Of a DNA stretch of 64,000 nucleotides, positions 44,303 through 53,791 are shown piece by piece. The DNA comes from Thermodesulfobacteriota bacterium (GTDB lineage Bacteria > Desulfobacterota > UBA8473): contig JBFLWQ010000007.1 in the NCBI GenBank assembly GCA_040757775.1, positions 65,728 to 129,727 of the forward strand, read 5' to 3'. The position numbers and the translations under genes were made by a program. The notes under the pieces are model-generated. The model had not been told where the DNA came from, did not search any database, and worked only from the letters and a program-made list of their open reading frames with translations. Every line of letters begins with the position of its first letter. Position 1 is the first letter of the stretch.

Positions 44303-45679
44303 ATGGACAAGCTTACCATGAAAAAGAGTATCTTGATAGTTGACGATGAAGAAGGTATAAGGAAATCTTTAAGCGGGATATTAAAAGACGAGGGTTTCAA
44401 TGTGTCTCTGGCTAGCGATGGAATGGAGGCTATCCAGAAGGTTGATAAGGAGAGGCCTGATTTAGCGCTTCTCGACATCTGGATGCCTGGACTTGATGGT
44501 ATCGAGGTTTTGAAAAGGATAAAAGCAATGTCTCCGAAGCTGGTGGTTATTATGATTTCAGGACACGGTACGATAGAGACGGCAGTTAAGGCGACAAAAC
44601 TAGGGGCATATGACTTTATTGAGAAACCACTATCCCTGGAGAAAGTCGTCTTAACAATAAACCATGCCCTCAGTTTCCAGCGATTGGAAAAGGAAAATGA
44701 GATTCTGCGCGAGAAGATTCACAAGGGGTATGAAATAATAGGCAACAGTGAAGCGATTACAAAACTAAAACAGCAGATTGCAGTAGCTGCCCCAACCAAT
44801 GGGTGGATTTTAATATCAGGAGAAAATGGAACAGGAAAGGAATTGGTAGCCCGTTCAATCCACAGGAAGAGTCTCAGGGCCGATAATCCATTTGTTGAAG
44901 TAAACTGTGCTGCAATTCCGGAAGAATTGATTGAAAGCGAGTTGTTTGGCCACGAAAAAGGTGCCTTCACAGGGGCGTCTTTTCAAAAGAAGGGTAAGTT
45001 CGACCTGGCCAATGGAGGCACTATCTTTCTGGATGAGATAGCTGATATGAGTTTGAAAACTCAGGCAAAGATACTGAGGATTCTCCAGGAACAGAAGTTT
45101 GAACGGGTAGGTGGAACTAAGAGCATCAGCATAGATGTTAGGGTAATCGCTGCTACCAATAAGGATTTAAAGAAAGAGATGGATACTGGAACCTTTAGGG
45201 AAGACCTCTATTATAGGTTGAATGTTATTCCCCTCGAGGTTCCTCCTCTTAGGGAAAGAAGGGAAGATATACCCCTGTTGGTATCGCAATTTTTCAGGGA
45301 GTTTTGTACAGAGAATGGGAAAGAGCCAAAAGAGATTTCAAAGGAAGCTTTAGATATACTGATAGGGTATGACTGGCCCGGTAATGTTCGGGAATTAAAA
45401 AATGTTATTGAGAGGCTAGTGATTATGACCCCCGGGATAGTAATCGTGGCAGAAGACATCCCAGCTTCGATAACAGGAGAGTTAAGGACAGAGGGGAAGG
45501 ATTTGCTTTTTCAGCATAAGTCCTTGAAGGTTGCAAGGGATGAATTTGAAAGACTATTTATTAAAGAAAAGCTGAAGAGCTTTGGTGATAATGTGTCCGA
45601 AACAGCCCATGCTATAGGTATTGAAAGAACCCACCTGCACAGAAAAATCAAAAGCCTGGGCATAGAGATGGAAAGATAG
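44303..45679 (+). CDS. Sigma-54-dependent response regulator (NtrC/NtrX family)
   Basis: Receiver DDEEGIR...D, AAA+ GENGTGKE, GAFTGA, and a C-terminal HTH. Confidence 0.9.
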   Translation: MDKLTMKKSILIVDDEEGIRKSLSGILKDEGFNVSLASDGMEAIQKVDKERPDLALLDIWMPGLDGIEVLKRIKAMSPKLVVIMISGHGTIETAVKATKLGAYDFIEKPLSLEKVVLTINHALSFQRLEKENEILREKIHKGYEIIGNSEAITKLKQQIAVAAPTNGWILISGENGTGKELVARSIHRKSLRADNPFVEVNCAAIPEELIESELFGHEKGAFTGASFQKKGKFDLANGGTIFLDEIADMSLKTQAKILRILQEQKFERVGGTKSISIDVRVIAATNKDLKKEMDTGTFREDLYYRLNVIPLEVPPLRERREDIPLLVSQFFREFCTENGKEPKEISKEALDILIGYDWPGNVRELKNVIERLVIMTPGIVIVAEDIPASITGELRTEGKDLLFQHKSLKVARDEFERLFIKEKLKSFGDNVSETAHAIGIERTHLHRKIKSLGIEMER

Positions 45680-45734
45680 CATAAAGTTGTTCTGCAGACC
45701 CCGCTAGAAAAAATGAAGGATTGGAGGACCTAAA

Positions 45735-47396
45735 ATGGATTCTGGACATTCAGATTTAAGAAAAGAACTTGGCATATGGAATGCTGAAGTAGAGAAGACT
45801 ATCAGTAAATCTCCGGAAAGGAAGGGAAAATTTGAGAGTACTTCTGGTATTGAACTTAAAAGAATCTTTACCCCTCTTGACATAGAGGATATAAATTACA
45901 TTAATGATATAGGGTTCCCTGGCGGATATCCATTCACAAGAGGGGTTCAGCCTACAATGTACCGTGGAAGATTCTGGACCATGAGGCAGTATGCAGGATT
46001 TGGCACTGCAGAGGATACAAATAAACGTTATAAGTATTTACTGGAGCAAGGCCAAACCGGGTTAAGTGTTGCCTTTGACTTACCCACCCAAATAGGTTAT
46101 GACTCAGATCACCCGTTGAGTTTAGGTGAAGTGGGCAAATGTGGCGTTGCGATTGACTCTTTGGCAGATATGGAGACCCTGTTTGATGGGATTCCCCTGG
46201 ATAAGGTGAGTACCTCCATGACTATCAACTCTACGGCGGCTGTTCTGCTGGCTATGTACATAGGAGTAGCTGAGAAACAGGGTGTAGCTTTAGACAAACT
46301 AAACGGTACTATCCAAAATGATATTCTAAAGGAGTACGTAGCCAGAGGGACATATATATATCCACCAAAAGAGTCGATGAGGATAATTACAGACATATTT
46401 GCATTTTGTAAAAATACTGTGCCGCGTTGGAACACCATTAGTATCAGCGGTTACCATATCAGGGAAGCCGGGTCTTCAGCGGTTCAAGAAGTTGCCTTTA
46501 CGTTAGCAAATGGTATAACTTATGTAGAAGCGGCTATTCAGGCTGGCCTCAACGTGGACGATTTTGCTTCTCGCCTGTCCTTCTTCTTCAATTCCCACAA
46601 CAATATCATTGAAGAAGTAGCTAAGTTCAGGGCAGCAAGGAAGCTATGGGCAAAGATAATGAAGGAGAGGTTTAAGGCTAAGAAAGATAAATCATGCACT
46701 CTAAGATTTCACACCCAGACAGCCGGTTGCACCCTTACTGCTCAGCAACCAATCAATAATATAGTCAGGGTTGCATTTCAGGCATTAGCCGCTGTTTTAG
46801 GAGGAACCCAATCTCTTCATACCAATTCCTTCGACGAGGCACTGGCATTACCATCTGAAGACGCAGTTCGGACTGCCCTTCGAACCCAGCAGATTATTGC
46901 CTATGAGAGCGGTGTAGCTGATATAGTGGATTGTCTGGCTGGTTCTTATGCCGTTGAATCGTTAACAGAAACTATTGAGAAAAAAGCCTCAGAATATATT
47001 GAGAAGATAGATTCCATTGGTGGGGCAATAAAGGCGATAGAAGCAGGATATATGCAAAAAGAGATAAGCGATAGCGCCTATCATTATCAGATGGATGTAG
47101 AAAAGAAAGAGAGTATAATTGTTGGATTAAATCAATTCGTAATAGAAGATAAAGCGCCAACCAATCTCTTAAGGGTTAATCCAGAGGTGGGAAGGATACA
47201 ACAGGAGAAATTAGAGAAAGTAAAGACCAGCAGGGACAACACAATAGTTAATAAAACACTCAAAGACTTAGAAGATGCCGCAAAGGGGGAAGAAAATTTA
47301 ATGCCAATCATACTGGATGCTGTGAGGAACTATGCCACCCTGGGTGAAATTGCGGATATTTTCAGGGGTGTTTTTGGTGAATATCGTGAGGCATAA
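45735..47396 (+). CDS. Methylmalonyl-CoA mutase-family large subunit (substrate-binding TIM barrel only, no B12 domain)
   Basis: [53 protein letters not shown]. Confidence 0.85.
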   Translation: MDSGHSDLRKELGIWNAEVEKTISKSPERKGKFESTSGIELKRIFTPLDIEDINYINDIGFPGGYPFTRGVQPTMYRGRFWTMRQYAGFGTAEDTNKRYKYLLEQGQTGLSVAFDLPTQIGYDSDHPLSLGEVGKCGVAIDSLADMETLFDGIPLDKVSTSMTINSTAAVLLAMYIGVAEKQGVALDKLNGTIQNDILKEYVARGTYIYPPKESMRIITDIFAFCKNTVPRWNTISISGYHIREAGSSAVQEVAFTLANGITYVEAAIQAGLNVDDFASRLSFFFNSHNNIIEEVAKFRAARKLWAKIMKERFKAKKDKSCTLRFHTQTAGCTLTAQQPINNIVRVAFQALAAVLGGTQSLHTNSFDEALALPSEDAVRTALRTQQIIAYESGVADIVDCLAGSYAVESLTETIEKKASEYIEKIDSIGGAIKAIEAGYMQKEISDSAYHYQMDVEKKESIIVGLNQFVIEDKAPTNLLRVNPEVGRIQQEKLEKVKTSRDNTIVNKTLKDLEDAAKGEENLMPIILDAVRNYATLGEIADIFRGVFGEYREA

Positions 47397-47414
47397 TAAT
47401 AGACAGGCACTTGC

Positions 47415-48206
47415 TCAAAGGGATTTCCGTTTGGGCAATAGCCTGTTAACTTTTTTTAACCATTCAAGGGCACCATTGATTGCTCTTTCATCTGTTCTAA
47501 TTCTGTGAATAGCCCCTTCAATTATTGATATATCTTTGGGGTCTTTGGCTTTTTCATAGAGCCTTTTTGCATGGCTTATATCAAGCAGTTCGTCATCAGT
47601 TCCATGGATTATAAGCACATGCCTGGGGGAAATCCTGCCAACCCATTTTAGGGGGCTGATCTCATTAAAACCAGTTAGCCATTCCTTAACAGAGGGGGGA
47701 TAATCTTTATCACGTATTATCCCAACTTCCCTAGCTTGGTTTAAGAACAATAGGGCATCTTCTGGTTTTGAGATAAATCTGAAGTCTGACGGACATGCGC
47801 ATGTTACTAAAGAGAAAATCCGCGGATCATGAGCAGTCACATAAACAGCGACTGCTGCACCCCCACTGAACCCCATTAATGATACATGTTTTTTGTTTAC
47901 CCCAGGATGATCAAAGAATAAATCTATCATAGAAGTTAAGTCTCGGGTCCAGCCAAGGATGTCAAAATTACCATCGCTTTCGCCCGTACCTCTGAAATTA
48001 AAGATTAGGGAAGCAAAGCCCTCCATACAGAATCTTTCTGCAAGGAGTTGATAACCTCTGTCTGTTGGATCCTTGATCCGTCCAGGGATGCCATGACACA
48101 GGCAAATAGCTGGATAGTGTGTCTTTTGGTTGGCTTTGGGAAGATAAACCTCTCCCCTTATACGCAGGCCGTCCACAATCCGGCAAACTTTCTCTTTGAT
48201 CATCAT
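47415..48206 (-). CDS. Alpha/beta hydrolase (dienelactone hydrolase / S9-like)
   Basis: Nucleophile elbow GFSGGA with a distal D and H. Confidence 0.7.
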   Translation of the reverse strand: MMIKEKVCRIVDGLRIRGEVYLPKANQKTHYPAICLCHGIPGRIKDPTDRGYQLLAERFCMEGFASLIFNFRGTGESDGNFDILGWTRDLTSMIDLFFDHPGVNKKHVSLMGFSGGAAVAVYVTAHDPRIFSLVTCACPSDFRFISKPEDALLFLNQAREVGIIRDKDYPPSVKEWLTGFNEISPLKWVGRISPRHVLIIHGTDDELLDISHAKRLYEKAKDPKDISIIEGAIHRIRTDERAINGALEWLKKVNRLLPKRKSL

Positions 48207-48326
48207 GTTGTACCTTCCATTTTCCGTTCGATATGATTTTCGTTTAGCCCAATAATTCTGTCGATTCACGGTAAGCCACTTCCGACGGTCTCATTTTCCC
48301 CTCCCGTATTGGCACTTATCGTTCTT

Positions 48327-48725
48327 CTACTTTATTATAACCTTATGTCCTGTCAAGTGCAATAATATGACAACCAGTATAGCTATCACAAGAATTGCAA
48401 TCACCACACCGAGACCATCACCACCGACCTTCAGATCATCAAGCTGAAGGGCAAGCTTATGTATCTGATAGTCACTGAGCTGCGAGAGCCTGTTACTAAT
48501 TTCATCCTGTGTGAAGCCCAATTTTTCAAGTCTTTCCTTTATTATCTTTGTTTCCAAAACCTTCTGTACACCCTCCATATCTGAGGCTCTAGCAGCCTTT
48601 GTAATGACCACTGCCTCTGAGGAAGCAAAAGAAGCCTCAACCCTGGGAACAATACCAATAATAAACATGGCAAAAACAAGATACCATACGACCTGCTTCA
48701 TGAATGGCATTCTCATCATTCTCAT
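48327..48725 (-). CDS. Hypothetical protein with signal peptide and C-terminal TM anchor
   Basis: ORF with N-terminal and C-terminal hydrophobic segments. No recognisable motif. Confidence 0.4.
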   Translation of the reverse strand: MRMMRMPFMKQVVWYLVFAMFIIGIVPRVEASFASSEAVVITKAARASDMEGVQKVLETKIIKERLEKLGFTQDEISNRLSQLSDYQIHKLALQLDDLKVGGDGLGVVIAILVIAILVVILLHLTGHKVIIK

Positions 48726-49261
48726 TTTTCTATTATCCTTTCATCGTTTAGTTTTTTTAGTTCTTCTATTCTTTTTAACGTATCCCTGTAAATATTATCT
48801 CTTGAGGGATTGATATCCATAGCCTTCAAAACAAGTCTTTCAGCCTCCTCGAGATTCTCTTTCTTCGTGTAGTAAAGCCAGGCCAGATTATTATAGGCAT
48901 CAGCGTTTTGGATGTCTTTTCTGATTGCTTCACGATAATTTTTCTCTGCCTTATAAAGTTCTCCCTTCTGAAAATAGACATTTCCGAGATAGAGATATGC
49001 TAGGGGCAGTTTTTTTGCTGCCAGCTTGTATTCCTTTATCGCGGGATCAAGTTCACCTTTCTTCTCATAGGCAACTCCTAGAGTTAGGTGTTCCTCCGGC
49101 GCAAGTGGATCATCGAGCACGATGATTCTTGGTAGGCTGCAACCGGGAAAAACTATAAAATAGCAGGCAGCAAACAACAGGGAGACAAATACATAATTTC
49201 TGTGGCTTACGGTGCTTGTTTTGGCTTTATCAGTAACGCCCAAAAATCTGTCCTTTCCCAT
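48722..49261 (-). CDS. TPR-repeat lipoprotein
   Basis: Lipobox FPGC, then TPR repeats (YLYLGNVYFQKGELYKAEKNYREAI). Confidence 0.65.
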   Translation of the reverse strand: MGKDRFLGVTDKAKTSTVSHRNYVFVSLLFAACYFIVFPGCSLPRIIVLDDPLAPEEHLTLGVAYEKKGELDPAIKEYKLAAKKLPLAYLYLGNVYFQKGELYKAEKNYREAIRKDIQNADAYNNLAWLYYTKKENLEEAERLVLKAMDINPSRDNIYRDTLKRIEELKKLNDERIIEK

Positions 49262-49496
49262 AATTTCAGAAAATCTTCTTCTCGGATAAATTTATGCCAG
49301 TTCCTCCCTGAATTGACGATTACACAATTTTCATTATAGCCTACTATTACCATAAAATGGTTCTGTTAGTACACCCAAAATCCGTAATCCACAAGGACTA
49401 TGACCGGATACCCCAGATCAATATTCTCTTTAATAGATTTGATGTTACCCTTGGACTGGACAACATCCAGCTTGTTTTTCATAAGAAGCTGGGAAA

Positions 49497-49530
49497 AAGG
49501 GGGCACACCCTCCGGTAAGCCCCCCTCCCA
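49497..49530 (-). terminator. Candidate terminator downstream of the OmpA-family gene
   Basis: Minus strand GGGGGC-loop-GCCCCC followed by TTTTT. Confidence 0.4.
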
Positions 49531-49591
49531 TTAAGATCGAACAGATTTGCGTGGATCAATTGAGTTCCTACTGATTATCCGGGAATCTCCC

Positions 49592-50935
49592 TTATTTCTT
49601 GATTACTAGTATAGTATCAAAGTTGGCTTCTATGCGCCGGTTTTTCTTGCGCCCTTCAGCAGTCTTGTTATCTGCAATCGGCATGGTCTCTCCATATCCC
49701 TTTGCCGAAAGGCGGGAACGATTAATACTGAATTTCTGCACAAGATAATTCACAACGCTCTCGGCACGCCGCCGGGAAAGGTCCTCATTCATTGCGGCTT
49801 TCCCGACATTGTCGGTGTGTCCTTCAATGGTACCGGTAGCCTTGGGATATTTTTTCAGAAAATCCGCAATCTTGGCGATTTCTTCATGATATTGGCTCTT
49901 GATGTCAGCCTTGGCCGTGTCAAACTCAATCGCAAGGGTTATAGATACCTTTTCCTTTTGCAGTGGTATCGGACAGCCATCTTTGTCAACAACAGTACCT
50001 ATCGGTGTTCCAGGACACTTGTCAAGGTAGTCCGCTACACCGTCCTTATCAGAATCGAGCGGGCAACCATCCTTATCAACAGTAACATCTTCCGGTGTTC
50101 CAGGACACTTGTCAAGATAGTCCGCTACACCGTCCTTATCAGAATCAAGCGGACAACCATCCTTATCAACAGTAACATCTTCCGGTGTTCCAGGACACTT
50201 GTCAAGGTAGTCCGCTACACCGTCCTTATCAGAATCAAGCGGGCAACCATCCTTATCAACAGTAACACCTTCCGGTGTTCCAGGACACTTGTCAAGGGAA
50301 TCTACTACACTGTCATGGTCTGAATCTTGTTCTACCGGTGGTGCCGCCTCCTCCTGTTTTTTAGGTTCCTCGGCTTGTTTAGCCACGACAACAGGGGCCG
50401 CAGCACGCTTGGCACCTCCGAAGTAAAAGGTCAAACCCAGGGTGGATTCCAGGTTGTTGTAAACACTGCCGATACCTAAAACATGCCGTACATCAGCCCG
50501 GAGTGCCAGCCAGTCCGTGAAAAAATATTTCAAACCAGCCCCGTATGCAGGGGTGAACCGCGAGTCATCCTTGATACCGTCGTAGTCGATGCTCATGCCT
50601 CCGACTCCGGCAGCCAGGAAGGGGACCAACCTGCTGTCCGGCATAAAATGGTATAGCGCCTCAATCCGATAATTGTAGACGTCGGTACCAGAGTCCGTGG
50701 GTTTGTACTTGGTGTCCACATAGTTGAAAACCAACTCGGTACCCCAGTTTTTGGTTAAATCGTAACCGACACGCAAGCCGTAGACTGGCTTATCTCTCAG
50801 GTCCTGGTTGCCCTCGAACAAAAACCAACCCGCGAAGGGAGAAATGGAAAAGGCGCCGGGCTTGATTTCACCAAGTGCCGGTTTACTGAGAAGTATCAAG
50901 AGAATGATAGCGAGAAAAAAATGAATTTTCTTCAT
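49592..50935 (-). CDS. OmpA-family outer-membrane protein with thrombospondin type-3 (TSP3) Ca-binding repeats
   Basis: N-terminal beta-barrel, 4 x 30-aa DSDKDGVADYLDKCPGTPEDVTVDKDGCPL repeats, and a C-terminal OmpA domain (TGTIEGHTDNVG...NRR). Confidence 0.85.
   Translation of the reverse strand: MKKIHFFLAIILLILLSKPALGEIKPGAFSISPFAGWFLFEGNQDLRDKPVYGLRVGYDLTKNWGTELVFNYVDTKYKPTDSGTDVYNYRIEALYHFMPDSRLVPFLAAGVGGMSIDYDGIKDDSRFTPAYGAGLKYFFTDWLALRADVRHVLGIGSVYNNLESTLGLTFYFGGAKRAAAPVVVAKQAEEPKKQEEAAPPVEQDSDHDSVVDSLDKCPGTPEGVTVDKDGCPLDSDKDGVADYLDKCPGTPEDVTVDKDGCPLDSDKDGVADYLDKCPGTPEDVTVDKDGCPLDSDKDGVADYLDKCPGTPIGTVVDKDGCPIPLQKEKVSITLAIEFDTAKADIKSQYHEEIAKIADFLKKYPKATGTIEGHTDNVGKAAMNEDLSRRRAESVVNYLVQKFSINRSRLSAKGYGETMPIADNKTAEGRKKNRRIEANFDTILVIKK
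49967..50326. repeat. 4 x 90-bp tandem repeat (TSP3 units) inside the OmpA-family gene; middle units near-identical
   Basis: Repeating CCGGTGTTCCAGGACACTTGTCAAGGTAGTCCGCTACACCGTCCTTATCAGAATC... blocks. Confidence 0.85.
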
Positions 50936-51114
50936 TAATAAATACCTCCTTTCAATTTAGAGAAATATCAGCCTTCGATTTCGCCAACCTTAGGGATTTA
51001 CTCCGTCGGGTCAGTGGCTTTCAGCCCTCAGATTGGCAGAAGTTGAAATCTACATTTTTTATCCGAAACATGATAATCGAAAAAGTTCATCACAACGGGT
51101 TCTATTCCACATCT

Positions 51115-51594
51115 TCATTTCTTTCCTTTGCCTTTCATTTTGTCTATGATATCCATGCCTCTGCCTTTATCCTTGCCCTTGTCCTTATCTTTGCCCTTGT
51201 CCTTATCCTTGCCTTTGTCAAGATCATGGCCGCGCTTCAGGGCATGGAATTCCTCTGATCCAGGTTTGATACCCAGGCTCTTAGCAATTACACCCCAGCC
51301 CTTACCCTTGTTGGATTTGTATTTTTGAATAACATATTCTGGTGGATGGTTTGACATTTCTCCAAGGCGGAAAACCATATAAGCGTCCGCAGGTCTTTCA
51401 ACATTGCCTAGCACAGCATTGACTTGCACAGGGCCGATATTGAAACGCGTTGCAATTTGTGCCCTGAATCCTGACTGGTCTGCTTCAGCTCTGATATTAA
51501 GATTTTGCATCCAATCAAAATCACCTGCTACTGCTGCTGATGGAACAAGTAAAATCAGAATCGAGATCACAAAAAACATTTTTTGTAGTCTCAT
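51115..51594 (-). CDS. Secreted hypothetical protein with a C-terminal (KDKG)n low-complexity tail
   Basis: Signal peptide MRLQKMFFVISILILLVPSAAVA. The tail DKGKDKDKGKDKDKGKDKG is encoded by 12-bp tandem repeats at about 51160-51222. Confidence 0.6.
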   Translation of the reverse strand: MRLQKMFFVISILILLVPSAAVAGDFDWMQNLNIRAEADQSGFRAQIATRFNIGPVQVNAVLGNVERPADAYMVFRLGEMSNHPPEYVIQKYKSNKGKGWGVIAKSLGIKPGSEEFHALKRGHDLDKGKDKDKGKDKDKGKDKGRGMDIIDKMKGKGKK

Positions 51595-51852
51595 AAATCC
51601 TCCTTTCTTGCCTCTATGGCATTAACAATAAATTCTTTCATTCTGGTTAATAATCTATTTTTATTCTTTATATTAGTTATTTGTCAAGATTAAATTAATT
51701 ATTAGGAGACCATGGAAACTATATGGGTATCATTAAATATGTTGTATTCCCAAGATTTCAGGAGATTTCTCAATGCAACAGATACCAATAGATATTAAAC
51801 TCTCTTGAAGGTTTCCCCTTTTCTCCATTTTTTTATGTTTTTTGCATTTGGT

Positions 51853-53331
51853 TCATATTTTTTTCGCTATCTTACGGAAGTGGTGTCCGTAAACCATAAG
51901 GGTCACGGCCTCGGGAAAGGATTTTCTATAAAATATCATTGAGTTGAACAGCATTTTCCAATAATACCATTGAGATGCACCATTTCCTAAAATACCAAGA
52001 TAAAAGACGGATTTAAAGAATGCCTTAATCTGCACATACTTTATTCTTCTTTTCCTGGAAGGCTTATAATGTTCTAGAAACTTGCAAACCCGTTGATAAT
52101 ACTGCCGGGGGCTGTAGATAGTTCTGACTATCCTTCTGTAACCCTCAATAAGTTTTGCCCTGTCCATCCTGGGGATGAAGTTGATACTACCATCAGTGTT
52201 ATCGCCTGATGAGCATAAGTCAAGACGGTGCTCATCTTTCAGTCGATGCCAGAGTCTGGTGTTCGGCAAAGCGTTTAACAGACCCACCATAGCGGTTACC
52301 ACCCCTGTTTCCTGGATAAATTTTATCTGTCTTGCAAAGATGCCTTCATTATCGTTGTCAAATCCGACAATATAGCCCCCGAGAACCTGTAGACCTTTTA
52401 CCTGCAACTTTTTTATCGCAGCCCTCATGTCAAGCCTGTAGTTTTGGTGCTTTGCGCATTCTTTCAAGCTATCCTCATCAGGTGTCTCTATCCCGATAAA
52501 GACACTGTCAAAGCCGGCTTCAACCATCAGATGGATTAATTCTTCGTCACCGGCAATGTTAATCGAAGCTTCCGTTAAAAACCCGAAGGGATAATTGTGT
52601 ACCTTCATCCAGTTGATCACCTCGGGCAACATATTTTTGATTGCCTTTTTATTGCCGATAAAGTTGTCGTCAACAATAAAGACACTGCCACGCCAGCCCG
52701 TATTATAAATTGCCTGTAGTTCATTCAAAAACTGATCAACGCTCTTCAAACGCGGGTTGTGGCCAAACATTGCCGTAACATCACAAAATTCGCAATTGAA
52801 GGGACAACCCCGCGAATGCTGAATCATCAGGGAAGCATAATTTTTAACATTAATCAGCTCCCAATTGGGAAGAGGTGTTAATATTAATGCAGGAAAGTCG
52901 GGAGAGTGATAAATTTTCTTTGGGGTACCGTTTTTAAGGTCAGCCAGAAATGGAGGCAGGGCGTTTTCCGCCTCATTCAAGATCAGATGATCTACCAGAT
53001 GCATATATTCCTCTGGTGTCCCATTGAAGAGAGGTCCCCCGGCAATTACCTTTTTCCCCATGCGCTGGCAGCGGTGGAGAATTTCGTGAACAGATTCTTT
53101 CTGGACTAGCATAGCACTGATCATCACATAGTCGGCCCATTCAAGATGTTTATCCCTGAGCTTTTTTACATTTAAATCAATAAGGCAAACATTCCACTCA
53201 TCAGGGAGCATAGCCGCTACAGTCATTAACCCTAGGGGGGGAAAGGCAGCTTTCTTGGATATATACTTCAAGATATATTTAAAACTCCAGAACGTAACCG
53301 GATACTGCGGATAGGTCATTAAAATGTTCAT
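51853..53331 (-). CDS. B12-binding-domain radical SAM protein (class B)
   Basis: N-terminal cobalamin-binding fold and the CxxxCxxC cluster CPFNCEFC. Confidence 0.8.
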   Translation of the reverse strand: MNILMTYPQYPVTFWSFKYILKYISKKAAFPPLGLMTVAAMLPDEWNVCLIDLNVKKLRDKHLEWADYVMISAMLVQKESVHEILHRCQRMGKKVIAGGPLFNGTPEEYMHLVDHLILNEAENALPPFLADLKNGTPKKIYHSPDFPALILTPLPNWELINVKNYASLMIQHSRGCPFNCEFCDVTAMFGHNPRLKSVDQFLNELQAIYNTGWRGSVFIVDDNFIGNKKAIKNMLPEVINWMKVHNYPFGFLTEASINIAGDEELIHLMVEAGFDSVFIGIETPDEDSLKECAKHQNYRLDMRAAIKKLQVKGLQVLGGYIVGFDNDNEGIFARQIKFIQETGVVTAMVGLLNALPNTRLWHRLKDEHRLDLCSSGDNTDGSINFIPRMDRAKLIEGYRRIVRTIYSPRQYYQRVCKFLEHYKPSRKRRIKYVQIKAFFKSVFYLGILGNGASQWYYWKMLFNSMIFYRKSFPEAVTLMVYGHHFRKIAKKI

Positions 53332-53536
53332 GATAATCTCCTTTTATGTCTCTTATTATCACACTTATCACCGAAAGAGCTTTCCTAATACTGCGACCTG
53401 TCCGGTAACCGGAGTGTGTTAAGATTGGTTGGAATTTTGTATAGGGGATACTAAAATAGTTGTAGTATTAAATAATACCACACAAATACTATAAGTTGCA
53501 AGTTAAAGTAATATTTTGTTGGGGAAATGTCCGAAA

Positions 53537-53576
53537 ACAAAGGGGTTAGCCGCAATTGGCTAACCCCTTTGTTTTA
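53537..53576 (-). terminator. Rho-independent terminator after the tRNA-Val/tRNA-Asp pair
   Basis: AAAGGGGTTAGCC-loop-GGCTAACCCCTTTG followed by TTTT on the minus strand. Confidence 0.6.
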
Positions 53577-53577
53577 A

Positions 53578-53654
<77 letters not shown>

Positions 53655-53693
53655 TTATTTATACAACTCTGATTTTGCCAATGCAAAATCAGA

Positions 53694-53769
53694 TGGTAGG
53701 CGGAACAGGGCTCGAACCTGTGACCCCCGGCTTGTAAGGCCGATGCTCTCCCAACTGAGCTATCCGCCC
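53694..53769 (-). tRNA. tRNA-Val (TAC)
   Basis: GGGCGGATAGCTCAGTTGGGAGAGC...CTTACAA anticodon loop, with CCA encoded. Confidence 0.9.
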
Positions 53770-53791
53770 AAAGAAATACTGGCTTCTCATT

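Noticed and set aside
49817-50323. 168-aa plus-strand ORF
   Set aside because: It lies antisense to the TSP3 tandem repeats of the OmpA-family gene. The periodic sequence keeps the frame open artificially.
49967-50326. Possible CRISPR-like regular repeats
   Set aside because: The units are 90-bp contiguous coding repeats with no spacers and lie inside a long ORF, so this is not a CRISPR array. No CRISPR array was found anywhere in the window.
51128-51328. 66-aa plus-strand ORF (PLSLSL repeats)
   Set aside because: It is the antisense reading of the KDKG microsatellite, so it is spurious.
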